Part shown: in pieces, positions 51,795 through 63,870 of the stretch
Position numbering within the stretch: the stretch's first letter is position 1
How the letters are laid out: each line of letters starts with the position of its first letter
Source: Narcine bancroftii
Taxonomy: Eukaryota
Assembly (NCBI RefSeq): GCF_036971445.1
Contig: NC_091477.1
Coordinates: 3,100,001 to 3,164,000 of the forward strand
Direction of reading: 5' to 3'
Length of the DNA: 64,000 nt
The notes under the pieces: model-generated
Told to the model about the DNA's origin: nothing
Seen by the model: only the letters and a program-made list of their open reading frames with translations
Databases searched by the model: none
Program-made: the position numbers and the translations under genes

Positions 51795-51830
51795 CCCAGC
51801 AACTGGTGAGTCATACAGCAGCCAATCAGG
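51795..51830 (+). promoter_or_regulatory. MHC-II-type X1-X2-Y module 3
   Basis: CCCAGCAAC-tgg-TGAGTCA, then 8 nt, then CCAATCAG. Confidence 0.72.
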
Positions 51831-52327
51831 CTTTAGTGTTGGAGTTCAAAGTCCAATGAATGGAAGTTCAAGTTTATTGTCATTTGATTTGACAACGAAA
51901 CAGGTTTTCCAGTCTTCAGTGTTAACATGCAGACACACAGCCAGATGAACTATACATAGGCAGGACAAGTATTCATCTATGCAAATAAATATTGCTTCAT
52001 GAATATGAGAGTCTGGGAGGGTCAGTGTGAACAATTCCTTTGGTCGTTCAGCGTTCTCACTGCCCATGGGTAGAAGCTGCTCCTCAGCCTGGTGGTGCTG
52101 GCGCTGATACTCCTGGATCTCTTCCCCGACGAGAGCAGCTGAAAGATGCTGTGTGAGGGGTGGAAGGGGTCCTCAATGATTTTGTGCACCCCCTTCAGAC
52201 AACGATCCAGGTCGATCACGTTGATGGAGAAGAGAGAGACTTTCACGTCAACGGGGTTGGGGAGGGAGACTCCAGTGATCCACTCAGTGATCCACTGTTA
52301 AGGTCCTGAGATTGACCTCTGATCCAG

Positions 52328-52946
52328 TGTCAGGCTCCGAATCATGGGTCCTCTACCGGCATCACCTACGGCTCCTAGAACGCTTCCACCAGCGTTGTCT
52401 CCGCTCCATCCTCAACATTCATTGGAGCGACTTCATCCCAAACATCGAAGTACTCGAGATGGCAGAGGCCAACAGCATCGAATCCACGCTGCTGAAGATC
52501 CAACTGCGCTGGGTAGGTCACGTCTCCAGAATGGAGGACCATCGCCTTCCCAAGATCGTGTTATATGGCGAGCTCTCCACTGGCCACTGAGACAGAGGTG
52601 CACCAAAGAAGAGGTACAAGGACTGCCTAAAGAAATCTCTTGGTGCCTGCCACATTGACCACCGCCAGTGGGCTGATATCGCCTCAAACCGTGCATCTTG
52701 GCGCCTCACAGTTTGGCGGGCAGCAACCTCCTTTGAAGAAGACCGCAGAACCCACCTCACTGACAAAAGGCAAAGGAGGAAAAACCCAACGCCCAACCCC
52801 AACCCACCAATTTTCCCCTGCAACCGCTGCAACCGTGTCTGCCTGTCCCGCATCGGACTTGTCAGCCACAAACGAGCCTGCAGCTGACGTGGACTTTTAC
52901 CCCCTCCATAAATCTTCGTCCGCGAAGCCAAGCCAAAGAAGAAGAA
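52328..52946 (+). mobile_element. RTE-clade LINE 3' fragment
   Basis: GSESWVLYRHHLRLLERFHQRCLRSILNIHW...QLRWVGHVSRMEDHRLPKIVLYGEL, a C-terminal zinc finger and a (gaa)n tail. Confidence 0.88.
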
Positions 52947-54294
52947 GGCGCAATAGTGTTAGTGTCAGCAACCAGGGTTCGAATCCCGCGCTGTCTGCAA
53001 GGAGTTTGTACTTTCTCCCCGTGGGTTTTCAACAGTTCTGGTGTACTCCCACCCTTCAAAACTAACGGGGTTGTAGGTTAATTGTGGGGTGGGGCCAAAG
53101 GCTTGTGGGGTAGAAGTTACCGGGCGGTATGTCTGAATTTAAATTTAAAACAATTTGCATTGCAGTGAAGCTGCTTCTCCCAGAGATTAGTGAATGTGGA
53201 ATTCTCTAGAAAAGGATGCAGCCCTCGTGAAATATTTTTAACAGATTTTTGCTTGGCGGGAATTGGGGAAAAGGCAGGTAGGTGGGGGGTATGTCTACGG
53301 GCAGAACCACCCTGATCTTATTTGAAGGAATGTTAGAGCAGGTTGGATGGCAGACTCTTGTTTATAGACGAAAGGGGAACCATGGATGTTCCACCCAAGG
53401 CTTAGAAAATAGTGTGGCTTGATTTTGGGGAAGATGGTGAACTGCAGATGGAATGTGAGTCAACATTTAGAAGCTGGAGGAACTCAGCAGGTGAGGCAGG
53501 TGTCATGGTGGGAAATGGTTGTTTATCACAAAATATACCCGTATATATTCATGGTCGATACCGTGTAATAATCGACTTTCCCCCATATTTTTGGCCCCAA
53601 CTGCTCTCCCATTTGAGCTCCCAATTCCCTGACAGTGGGCTCTCACTCTGCTGCCTGCCCACTCTCAAAGCCCCGAACGTGGACTTACCATCAAGTCCCG
53701 GCTATCCAAGCACCTGATGTCTTGAACGACACAGGTAATTACCAAGGTCAAAAGTCTGACCATCTGAGGAAGGGAACAGACATATGGTTTTGGGCCGAAA
53801 CCCTTAATCAGGAATAGCAACAGCCACGGTTGACGTACAGGCAAAAGGCTGGGGTGGGGGGGGGGTGAAACAGGCTGGCAGGTGATGGGTGAATTGAGCA
53901 GCAGTGGCCGGAGGGCAGAGGAAAATGTCTTCAGGGTCAGCATTCCTCAAAGGGACTTTGCAGCAGAGCAAAACAATGAAGAAGTCTGCAGTGATAGCCA
54001 GACACCCACAGTTCACTGGCATCCTCTACTGGTGAACCATCACCATATCAAGGAGAGACATTACTGAATTCTCAAACATCCGCATTTCCTGCTTCAGGCT
54101 CATTCTGCTTCCTCCTTGAAGGACTCAGGTCCAAAACGTCCACAATAGATCTTTGTCTCCTATAGACGGTGAAAAGACCGTCCAAGTTCCTCCAGCATTT
54201 TCGTGTGTTTTTACTACATCTGCAGTTTTGTGTTTCAGACATCACTCAAATCCACTCTGATGTCAACAACCTACACTTAACATAGCAGCAAAAC

Positions 54295-54720
54295 ATTACA
54301 GCCTGCAGACACTGAGGTTGAAGTAAAAGCAGGTCAGTGTGTTTAATATAGCAAAGGTAAAAATACAGAACCAAAGTTTAGGGGCCTAAGCTCTTCATCA
54401 AGGTATGGAAAAATGTCAGCAGGCATCCAAATAAAAAGGGGGCGAGGTCTGAGGGAGGAGCCTGGTTGCAAAGGCAGAAGGTAATACGTGGAGAAGGGAG
54501 GACACGGCAGTGAGCAGGGGGAGGAGGGACAGCTGGATGAATAGAGAGGGAAGGGGATGGAGAGCTGAGGGAAATAAGACAGGGGGAAGTAGGTTTACAT
54601 TTTGTTCATACCCTGATGAAGGGCTCCAGCCCATAACATTGGTTCGGTATTTTTATCTTGGCTATATAAAGTTCACTGTCTGACCTGCTGAGTTTCTGCA
54701 GCGTTGAGGTTTACTTCACA
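54295..54720. mobile_element. Penelope-derived element with inverted arms
   Basis: About 54300-54416 and about 54597-54718 are imperfect inverted copies. Each has a hammerhead-like TGATGAAG-stem motif. Confidence 0.55.
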
Positions 54721-54949
54721 TAGGAGCAGTGCAGCATAAGATGTAGGACTGAGCTTTAGTTCCTTGCTTAAATTCTATGGCAGAGATTGGGGCAGCTCTT
54801 TGGAAGGTCAGTATCCCATCTCAGCTGCCCCCTTAAACCAGATCATTTTTCCTTTCTGGTGTATTTGGTCCATGCTGCCCATCCATACTAATCCCCCTCC
54901 TGCTCCAACAAAAGCAAACTCAGCCTATTCTCACCTCATAACTAAGACC

Positions 54950-56175
54950 CCCCCCAGGCAGCATCCGGTCCAGTACCATAATCCACCCCCAGGCAGCATC
55001 TGATCCAGTACCATGACCCCCCCCCCCCCCCCAGGCAGCATCCTGTCCGGTACCATTACCCCCCCAGACAGCATCCTGTCCAGTACCATGACTCCCCCAG
55101 GCAGTAAGTATCCTGTCCAGTACCATGACCCCCTCAGGCAGTATCCTGTCCAATACCATGACCCCCCCAGGCAGTATCCTGTTCAGTACCATGACCCCCC
55201 CAGGCAGTATCCTGTCCAGTACCATGACCCCCCCCCCCCAGGCAGCATCCTGTCCAGTACCATGACCCCCCCCAGGCAGCATCCTGTCCAGTACCATGAC
55301 CCCCCCCCCCCAGACAGCATCCAGTCCAGTACCATGACCACCCACCCCCCCAGGCAGCATCCAGTCCAGTACCATGACCACCCACCCCCCCAGGCAGCAT
55401 CCTGTCCAGTACCATGACCCCCCCCCCAGGCAGCATCCAGTCCAGTACCATGACCACCCACCCCCCCCAGGCAGCATCCTGTCCAGTACCATGACCACCC
55501 CCCCCAGGCAGCATCCAGCCCAGTACCATGACCACCCACCCCCCCCCAGGCAGCATCCTGTCCAGTACCATGACCACCCCCCCCAGGCAGTATCCTGTCC
55601 AATACCATGACCCCCCCAGGCAGTATCCTGTTCAGTACCATGACCCCCCCCCCCCCCAGGCAGCATCCTGTCCAGTACCATGACCCCCCCCAGGCAGCAT
55701 CCTGTCCAGTACCATGACCCCCCCCCCCCAGACAGCATCCAGTCCAGTACCATGACCACCCACCCCCCCAGGCAGCATCCAGTCCAGTACCATGACCACC
55801 CACCCCCCCAGGCAGCATCCTGTCCAGTACCATGACCCCCCCCCCCAGGCAGCATCCAGTCCAGTACCATGACCACCCACCCCCCCCAGGCAGCATCCAG
55901 TCCAGTACCATGACCACCCCCCCCAGGCAGCATCCAGCCCAGTACCATGACCACCCACCCCCCCCCAGGCAGCATCCTGTCCAGTACCATGACCACCCCC
56001 CCCAGGCAGCATCCGGTCCAGTACCATGACCCCACCCCCAGGCAGCATCCTGTCCAGAACCATGACCCCCCCCCCAGGCAGCATCCTGTCCAGTACCATG
56101 ACCCCCCCCCCAGGCAGCATCCTGTCCAATACCATGACCACCCCCCCCCCCAGGCAGCATCCGGTCCAGTACCAT
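54950..56175. repeat. Minisatellite, unit about 30-37 bp (ccaggcagcatcctgtccagtaccatgac plus C-run)
   Basis: More than 30 tandem units; explains the 433-aa and 330-aa low-complexity ORFs. Confidence 0.96.
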
Positions 56176-57369
56176 ACCTTTCCAGCAGTGTGGTAATCAG
56201 AGCTGCCCACAGCGCTTCCAAGAGTGGTCTAAACAGTGTTTGTCAAGTTGAAACATCCCAGACTATACGATCCTATGGATCGGAGGTCAATCGTATGAAG
56301 AGGGTGTGTAAAATCATTGAGGACCCCTTCCACCCTGCACACAGCATCCTTCAGCTGCTCCCGTCGGGCAAGAGACACAGGAGGATCAGAGCCAGCACCC
56401 CCAGGCTGAGGAACAGCTTCTTCCCACGGGCAGTGAGAATGCTGAATGACCAAAGGAACTGCTCACACTGACCATCAGAGACTCTCATATTCATAAAACA
56501 GTATTTATTTATATTACCCCTCCATAAATCTTCATCCGCAAAGCCAAGCCAAAGATATAGTTAAAATACTTGTCCTGCATATGTATATTTCTCAGTGTGT
56601 GTGTGTCTGCATGTTTTGCACCGAGGACCAGAGAACAGTGTTTCATCAGGTTGTACAGTACGTGTACAGATGACATAAACTTGACTTTTGACGGGTTTCC
56701 ATCCTCAACTTCTTTAGTTCTCGGTGACTGTTGCCTGGCCTGCTTAGTTCCTCCAGTGCAGTTTTACATTCCGAGGTAAGCATGCCCACACCCAAATGGT
56801 GAAGCTGGAAATGAACATTGCAACATAGAAAAATAGGCCCTTCTAGTCTGTGCTGAACTTGATTCTGCCAAGTCCCACTAACTTGCACCCAGTTCATATA
56901 TCTGCCCTAATTTTTCTTGGTGTTAAAATTGAGCCCACATTCACTTCAGCTGGCAGTTCATTTCACACTCCCAGTGTGAAGAAATTCCCCCTACATCTTT
57001 CCACCCTCAGTGAAAAAAGCCCTTTCATTTACTGCCAATTCCCATTATTCTGTATACTCATTATCTTTGCATTTGAAGTTCAGGGATTGTCCCAGAAATC
57101 AGTGCAGAATGTCAGGGTGTTGTACTGAATAAGGATCCTTACACCTGCTGCTCCAGTCTCAGCAACATCACCCCCAGGGATGAACCTCCTGATGCTTCCC
57201 TCTAGAAAGAAACACATTGAATGGGGCGAGCCAGTCCACAGGAGTCACCCTCGACTACCCGAGTGGTCATGGGTGAAAGAGAATTTCAGAGCCTTCACTT
57301 TCTGGGATGTGAAGCCATAGATCTGTTCTGGAGCCTCTACTTTGTGGAAGAGGCAGATGGATGGTCATA

Positions 57370-58110
57370 CGTTACAAAATATAGACAGGATGCAGAGTTG
57401 GGCAGAGTTCAATCTGGAAAAGTGTGAGGTGATGCATTTTGAAAGGTCAAGATGGATGGACATAATGGTCAGTTACTAAGGTGTGAAAGAGCAGAGGAAC
57501 ATCAGGATCCAAATCCATATAGATGTCTCAAGGTCACCGCGCAGGTTGATAGGATAGTCCCATGGGATATTGGGCTTCATTAGTAGGGGAATTGAGTTCG
57601 TCAAGAGGTCACGTGGCAACTCCACAAATCTGCTGAGACCACACTGAGACCATTGTGTTCAGTTCTGGTCTCCTTGTAATAGGATGTGTAGGTTATGGAG
57701 AGTGCAGATTTACCAGGATGTTGCCTGGATTAGAAAATAAGTCTTACGAGGAAAGGTTAGCAGTGCCGGGACTTTTCTCTTTGGGATGTAGAAGACAAGA
57801 TTATTAGAGGTATATAGTGTGGACAGTCAGCACCTGTTTCCCAGGGCAGGAATAACAAACACCAGAGAATGCCTGGTCAAAGTGAAGGGAGGGACGTTTA
57901 GGGGAGATGTCAGGGATATTCTTTTTACACATTTGAGGGTGCCTGGAATACCTTGCCCGGGATGGTGAAGACTGAAACATTAATGGCATTTCAGAAACTT
58001 TTAAGTCAAACACTAGGATAGAAGAAAAATAAAGGGATATAAGGTAGGAAGGGCTTAGTACTTTTGGTACTATGGGTCAGCATTGAGAAACTGTACAATG
58101 CTGTACATTC
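57370..58110 (+). mobile_element. CR1-type LINE 3' fragment
   Basis: Degenerate KCEVMHF ... FTRMLPGL motifs and a CR1 tail. Confidence 0.7.
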
Positions 58111-58129
58111 TATATCTTAAGTATCCCAC

Positions 58130-58680
58130 CACCAGACACTTTCTTTGCACCTCCCAACACAAGAACTCCCTCCCCACCCATCATCCCCTTAGCACCTACC
58201 ATTAACCACACCTCCTCCCTCACCCAATGCGGGATCTCCCAAGTTAAGCAAGGTTCATCCGGTGCTCCCATTGTGGTCTCTTCTACGTCAGAGACTGGTA
58301 GTAGACTGGGAGATCGCTCCGTTGAGCTCCTTGGCTGTCTGCTGCAATAGCATCATTTCAATCCCCATCCTAATCCCTTGCTGACACATCAGTCCATGGT
58401 CTCACGCCACCCACAAATTGGAGGAGCACTGCATCTTCCATCTGAGGACTCGTTTCCATTAGCTTCCCTCCAATTTTCTGTGTCACCCTTTCCCTCAACT
58501 TTGGATCCAGAGCCTGCCCATCACCCCACTCTCCATATCCACCTTCTGGCTGCTGATCTGTACTTGTCCAGACACCTGCCTGGTTTTTACTCAAACCTTG
58601 AGGAAGGGCTCAGGCCCAAAACATCTTTACCTCCTGTGGCCAAGTTCCTCCAGCATGTGTTTTTTCTACACTATTCCACA
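58130..58680 (+). mobile_element. Penelope-like remnant
   Basis: Degenerate RCSHCGLFYV.ETG.RLGDR sequence, followed by a pLTR-like gaggaagggctcaggcccaaaac. Confidence 0.55.
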
Positions 58681-59432
58681 CTAACAGGGCTCCAAACAGA
58701 AAAAAAAGTTCTCAATTGGACAGTTTTATTTTTTTAAAAACATGGCATTATAATATACAAAGCCACAAGGAACAAAATAATGAACAACTACCAATTAGTT
58801 CTGTTTTCATTTGACAGAAACCATGCATGGAATCTATGCCTGCTCCCAGAGCACTATCCCAGACACTACCTCACATCCATTAAATCCCTCATTTTCCTGC
58901 ACTCGAGGTAATGTAAACTTAATGAACCTTTCAGCACATCTCTGGAATGTGGAGACACAGGGCGTGGAGAGGTGGGGAAGATGAGGTGAGACACACAACC
59001 AGAAAATGTGGTATCAGGATTGAACCCAGATCACTGGAAGGTCTCACACAGTGCAACACCATAGAAACACATCTGACCAACTGGAGTGCAGACAATTGGC
59101 TAATGTGCGTCAAGGTTGGAGATCAATGCTACATTTATTTAAATAAAATACTGTGGGTACATGCACACTGCTCCAACCCTTCCAGTGACACAAAGCAGTG
59201 AGAAGTCTGCAGCCCAGGTCAGCTGAGTGCATTGACCCACCTCTACCTTGCCTCGTGTCACCAGCACCCCAACCCCCAAAAAATCCAGAGTCTGACTTTC
59301 ACAGGTCCTCCTCATTGATAGATCAAATCCAAACGCTATGCTATAGGTATTGTTTTACATGAAAGAGAACAAGTAGGTACATATTGGTGGAAGTAGGGAT
59401 GAAAATAAAAAGCATCTGGTGATCAGAATTCC

Positions 59433-59438
59433 TTTATT
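59433..59438 (-). terminator. RPS14: RPS14 polyadenylation signal AATAAA
   Basis: 27 nt after the stop codon; short 3' UTRs are typical of ribosomal protein genes. Confidence 0.85.
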
Positions 59439-59465
59439 AGTTACACTGCTACAGATGGGAAGCAT

Positions 59466-59533
59466 CTACAAACGACGACCTCGCCGACCTCCCTTCCTGC
59501 GAGTACTGTCCGATGGGATCGGAGTGACATCCT
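59466..59533 (-). CDS. RPS14: 40S ribosomal protein S14 (uS11), last coding exon
   Basis: (E)DVTPIPSDSTRRKGGRRGRRL*, acceptor cctcacag|. Confidence 0.98.
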
Positions 59534-60396
59534 CTGTGAGGTGAGAGGCAAAGTGTCAATCAGCCCATTTCCACTCAAATCAATCCCATTCTGCATCCTT
59601 CCATTTAGTAACTGACCGCACATCACTCATATACATCATCATGTTTCCCTTCCTGACTAAGATTTGCTTTTAAACATGCAGCAAGATGCTGTTAGGTGGA
59701 CGTGGCCTCAATATTGGTTTCAGAGGGACGAGGAGGAAATACTTTCCCTGAGGAGTGATGAATCTGTGGAATTCTCTGTCCAGGGAACTAATTAATGTAT
59801 TTAAAACACAGATTTTTGGAAAATAGGGGAATTTGGGGGTAAGGCAGGTAGGTGGGCCATAGTTCATGGTCAGCCATGATCTTATTCAATAGCAGAGCAG
59901 AGCAAGCTCAACAGCCCAGATGGCCAACTCCTATTTATGATCTGCCTAAAAGGCCAGAGGAATCGATTCTCCGGACATTTTTTTTATACATAGGACGCCA
60001 GTGAAATATAGAATAGTTTACATTAATGAGCTGTAAAACTTACCTGTCTGAATTGTTAATTTTACACATCTTGTCCCCCTTTTTCACAATTGCCCCAGAT
60101 GCCCTTCAATTGACTAACATTTTCTTGTTCGCTGCTTCCTTCTCTGGAAGGGAACAGAAGCCCTTCTCTTAAACCAGATCCTTCATGCAGGGAACGCCCC
60201 AAGTAATTGTCACTGGGTGTGGCTTGTCTCAACCCCCTGCACACATTTCACATGGAGTCTGTGGCCAATATCCGTAACATTCAAAAGTAATTTTTAGTTC
60301 AATTCCAGGAGGGTATATGCAAATTCCAGCCATTTAAACTGTGCTGCTCAATTACACCCAAATTAACCCAGTGGGACACGCAAGGAGAATGTACAA

Positions 60397-60662
60397 CAGT
60401 GGCTTCCAACTTTTTTCTTTCCACTCACATACCACTTTAAGTATTCCCTAGGCCATCAATGCTCTGTGAGTGGGAAGGGAAGGTTGAGAATCACTGCTCA
60501 AGACCCAATTGTTACTGAAATATTTTGCTTGAGAAAAATTGTCAGTGGCCCATTTCCTTTGGAGTTCTGAAACCGTGCACATAACGAGTCAATGAGGGAC
60601 GATTACAACAGTGGTTACTTAAAGTGGTATGTGAGTGGAAAGAAAAAGGTTGAGAACCACTG
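60397..60662. mobile_element. hAT-type MITE in the last RPS14 intron
   Basis: Ends cagtggcttccaac / ggttgagaaccactg with a long subterminal inverted repeat (tttccactcacataccac). No clear TSD. Confidence 0.7.
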
Positions 60663-60917
60663 CACGAGAGGATGTGTGTTTAAGGGGATGGGAAATTTTA
60701 AAGGAGATGTTTATGGGAGTGGTGGGTGCCTGGACTGGTTTTTGTGGGGTAGTGGTAGAAGTAGACATAATAGTAGCAATGAAGAGGCTTCTAGAAAGTC
60801 ACATGGGATGCTTATGTTGATGACGTGCAAGCAGTTATAGTCAGCAGATACACCTGAACCTCACTGTACTACATCCCCATTCTCAGTTCAACGTCCGGCA
60901 AGAGGAGCGATGTGAGT

Positions 60918-61050
60918 GGCTGTACGTGACCTAGCGTCCCCATCAACCAGGGAGTTGCTGGATAGACAAGGATAGATGGAAACGTGTTGCTTTCTGCAGG
61001 GGGAACGACACCCTTGGCACGGAGCAGCCAGGGCGTAACTTATCCTGCAC
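60918..61050 (-). ncRNA. SNORA63: H/ACA snoRNA, SNORA63/E3-like, copy A
   Basis: Hairpin tgcagg..cctgca, H box AAAGCA, second hairpin, and ACA 3 nt from the end; 133 nt. Shares GCAGGAT, GCTGCT, TGTCGTTCCCCCTGC, CTAT and GGGACGCT.GGTC blocks with human SNORA63 as recalled. Confidence 0.85.
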
Positions 61051-61053
61051 CTA

Positions 61054-61176
<123 letters not shown>

Positions 61177-61704
61177 TCAAATCCTGCACAGGTACGACCA
61201 ATAATGGGACCTGAGGCATAAACATAATGATGAAAGGATTCAGCAGGTTGAGGGGTCAATATTCTCTTTCTTCACCAACCCTGACACAGATCCAACAAAA
61301 ACAAATGCTGGACAAACTGAGGCTACACACAGGAGACTGTAGACGCTGGAATCCAGAACAACACACGATCTGCTGGAGGAACTCAGCGGGTCAATTATCA
61401 ATCAGCAGTATGGACAATATCTTGGGTTGGAATCCTTATTGAGACAGTCTTAATAAAAGGTTCTGACCCAAATTACTGGCTCTTTTACTCCCACTAATGC
61501 TGCTTGACCTGCTGAGTGTCCCCAGATTCCAGGAGCATCTGTGGAAAAAGTTAGTTAGAAGAACAGACTCTGGTCTGGTTCAAAGATTAACTAGTTCCTC
61601 TCTAACTGAACTCTTCCAGCATGTCAGTTCTTACTTCTCATTCCTGCACCTATGCTGTACATCCCCATTCTCAGTTCAACGTCTGGCAAGAGGAGTGATT
61701 GAGT

Positions 61705-61837
61705 GGCTGTTCGTGACCTAGCGTCCCCATCAACCAGGGAGTTGCTGGATAGACAAGGATAGATGGAAACGTTTTGCTTTCTGCAGGGGGAACGACACCC
61801 TTGGCACAGAGCAGCCAGGGCGTAACTTATCCTGCAC
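61705..61837 (-). ncRNA. SNORA63: H/ACA snoRNA, SNORA63/E3-like, copy B
   Basis: Near-identical to copy A; H and ACA boxes intact. Confidence 0.85.
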
Positions 61838-61875
61838 CTAACCAGGGGGTCCCATCAACTCACCGATCAGATTTA

Positions 61876-62184
<309 letters not shown>

Positions 62185-62559
62185 CTACACCCTTTTGCCA
62201 CACTGGCACCAAGCAGAGGCCACCCACAAAGTGGAGGAACAATTCTGTCTTGGCTGTTTCCAACCAGTATTGGCCTCTAATTTCTGTGAACTGCCTCCCC
62301 TGGTCCCCCTTCCCCTCCTATCATTTTCTGCCCTCTCTCTCATCACCTTGGCTTCTTTCTCTTCTACCCTCCCACCTGCCTCCACTGATTACTTATTATT
62401 GCCAATCTGCAACTCATCACTGGACTCATCACCGACATGGACATACCCCAGACCCTAGTCGTCAGAACTGGGCAGGAAGGAAAACCGTTATGCCTGCTGG
62501 AGATCAACATTCCCAGCATATCGCTGTAGGGCAGTGTCTTGAGTTCCAACATCTAGACA

Positions 62560-63155
62560 CAGGCAGGGCTTGAAAGCACTGATAATCCAGAGGGATCTGG
62601 GGATGGGTCCGGGTTAATAGCTCCTTGAAAGCAGCCATGCAGGTAGAGATAGGTTGGGAAAGGTGTGTGGTGTGCTTGCCTTCACTGGGTGGGGCATCAA
62701 ATACATTGTTGCTCTACAACACTTGGGTGAGGGTACACGTGGAATACTGTGTCCAATTCTGACTGCCCCATTACAGGAGGGAATGTGGAGGCTTTTAAAG
62801 CCACAGGAGAGATTTACCAGAGTGTGGGAAGAGCTGATGGAGATTAATAAAATTACAAAGCACTTGACAGGACAAGTATCACCCATGGGAGGATATACAT
62901 TAAGGGGAGGGGGAAGTTTAAGGGAGATGTGTGGGGAAAATATTTTACGATGTGGTGGGTGTCAGGAATGAGTTACCAGGGGTAGTGGTGGAAGCAGATA
63001 TAACTGGAGCGTTGAAGAGACATTTAGATAGAAATATGAAGGGGATGAAGGAATATCCAACAGGTGCAAGCATCAGTCTACGTTTGATTTGGGCATGTTC
63101 AGCGGACACAAGGATTGATTAGCCTGCTTTTGTGCTATAAAGTTCCAGGTTCTAT
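62560..63155 (+). mobile_element. Highly degenerate CR1-type LINE fragment in an RPS14 intron
   Basis: Residual RDLG, QERFTRV and WNELP-like sequence with a CR1 tail. Confidence 0.6.
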
Positions 63156-63294
63156 AGTGAGGACTATAGGCAGGATATTGGCCTGCCCCAGGGAGAGCAG
63201 CCAGCACAGGCCAGTCATTTTACTTCTCATTCCTGCACCTGTGCCGTACATCCCCGTACTCCTTTCAACATCTGGCAAGGGGAGAGATTTGAGT

Positions 63295-63427
63295 GGTTGT
63301 ACGTGACCTAGCGTCCCCATCAACCAGAGAGTCGCTGGATAGACAAGGATAGATGGAAACGTATTGCTTTCTGCAGGGGGAACGACACCCTTGGCACGGA
63401 GCAGCCAGGGCGTAACTTATCCTGCAC
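63295..63427 (-). ncRNA. SNORA63: H/ACA snoRNA, SNORA63/E3-like, copy C
   Basis: Near-identical to copies A and B; H and ACA boxes intact. Confidence 0.85.
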
Positions 63428-63504
63428 CTAACCAGGGGTCCCACCAACTCACCAATCAGATTTAAAGCTTAATTTTTTTTTAAACTAGAAATTAAACCAC
63501 CAAC

Positions 63505-63604
63505 CGACTGGAGTCGATGGGCTGATGAGGAGGAAACGAGTTCCTTTCTGCAGGGGGAACGACAACCGCAGCACTGAGCAGCCGGGGTGCAACTAATCCT
63601 GCAC
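63505..63604 (-). pseudogene. Diverged, 3'-truncated SNORA63-like copy D
   Basis: Keeps the 5' hairpin (tgcaggattagttg..tgtcgttccccctgca) and H box AAAGGA, but lacks the GGGACGCT and ACA end. Confidence 0.7.
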
Positions 63605-63870
63605 TCCATGGGCTGTCTGTAACCCTGGCAGACTTCTGGATCTGAGCGTCACAGATCATCCACCAAGCTTGGTCCCACATACCCTGTCTATTGGCAGAAA
63701 AACATCAATTCTCTGATACAGGTTAGACGGAGAGCCAATAACCACTTTTCACACTGTCTGATCCAGTGTGCATGTTTAGCTGATTTTTCATGCTGTTCTC
63801 AGTGGGTACTTCAATTTGTTTATGTATTTTTGATCTCTCCCCCACCAACATCCGTGTTACTGCTCACTCA

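Noticed and set aside
8150-53150. tRNA-like A/B boxes at several positions
   Set aside because: They are SINE heads followed by a common SINE body, not tRNA genes.
54920-56221. 433-aa and 330-aa Gly/Trp/Cys-rich ORFs; CRISPR-like look of the array
   Set aside because: They are translations of a tandem minisatellite. The variable parts are only C-runs, not unique spacers, and the context is eukaryotic.
57140-57205. Exon-like segment on the minus strand between RPS14 and CD74
   Set aside because: Splice-like signals only, downstream of the RPS14 polyadenylation site, with no recognisable peptide.
63520-63540. ctgatgaggaggaaac as a hammerhead ribozyme core
   Set aside because: No stem II can form, and it is the antisense of snoRNA copy D.
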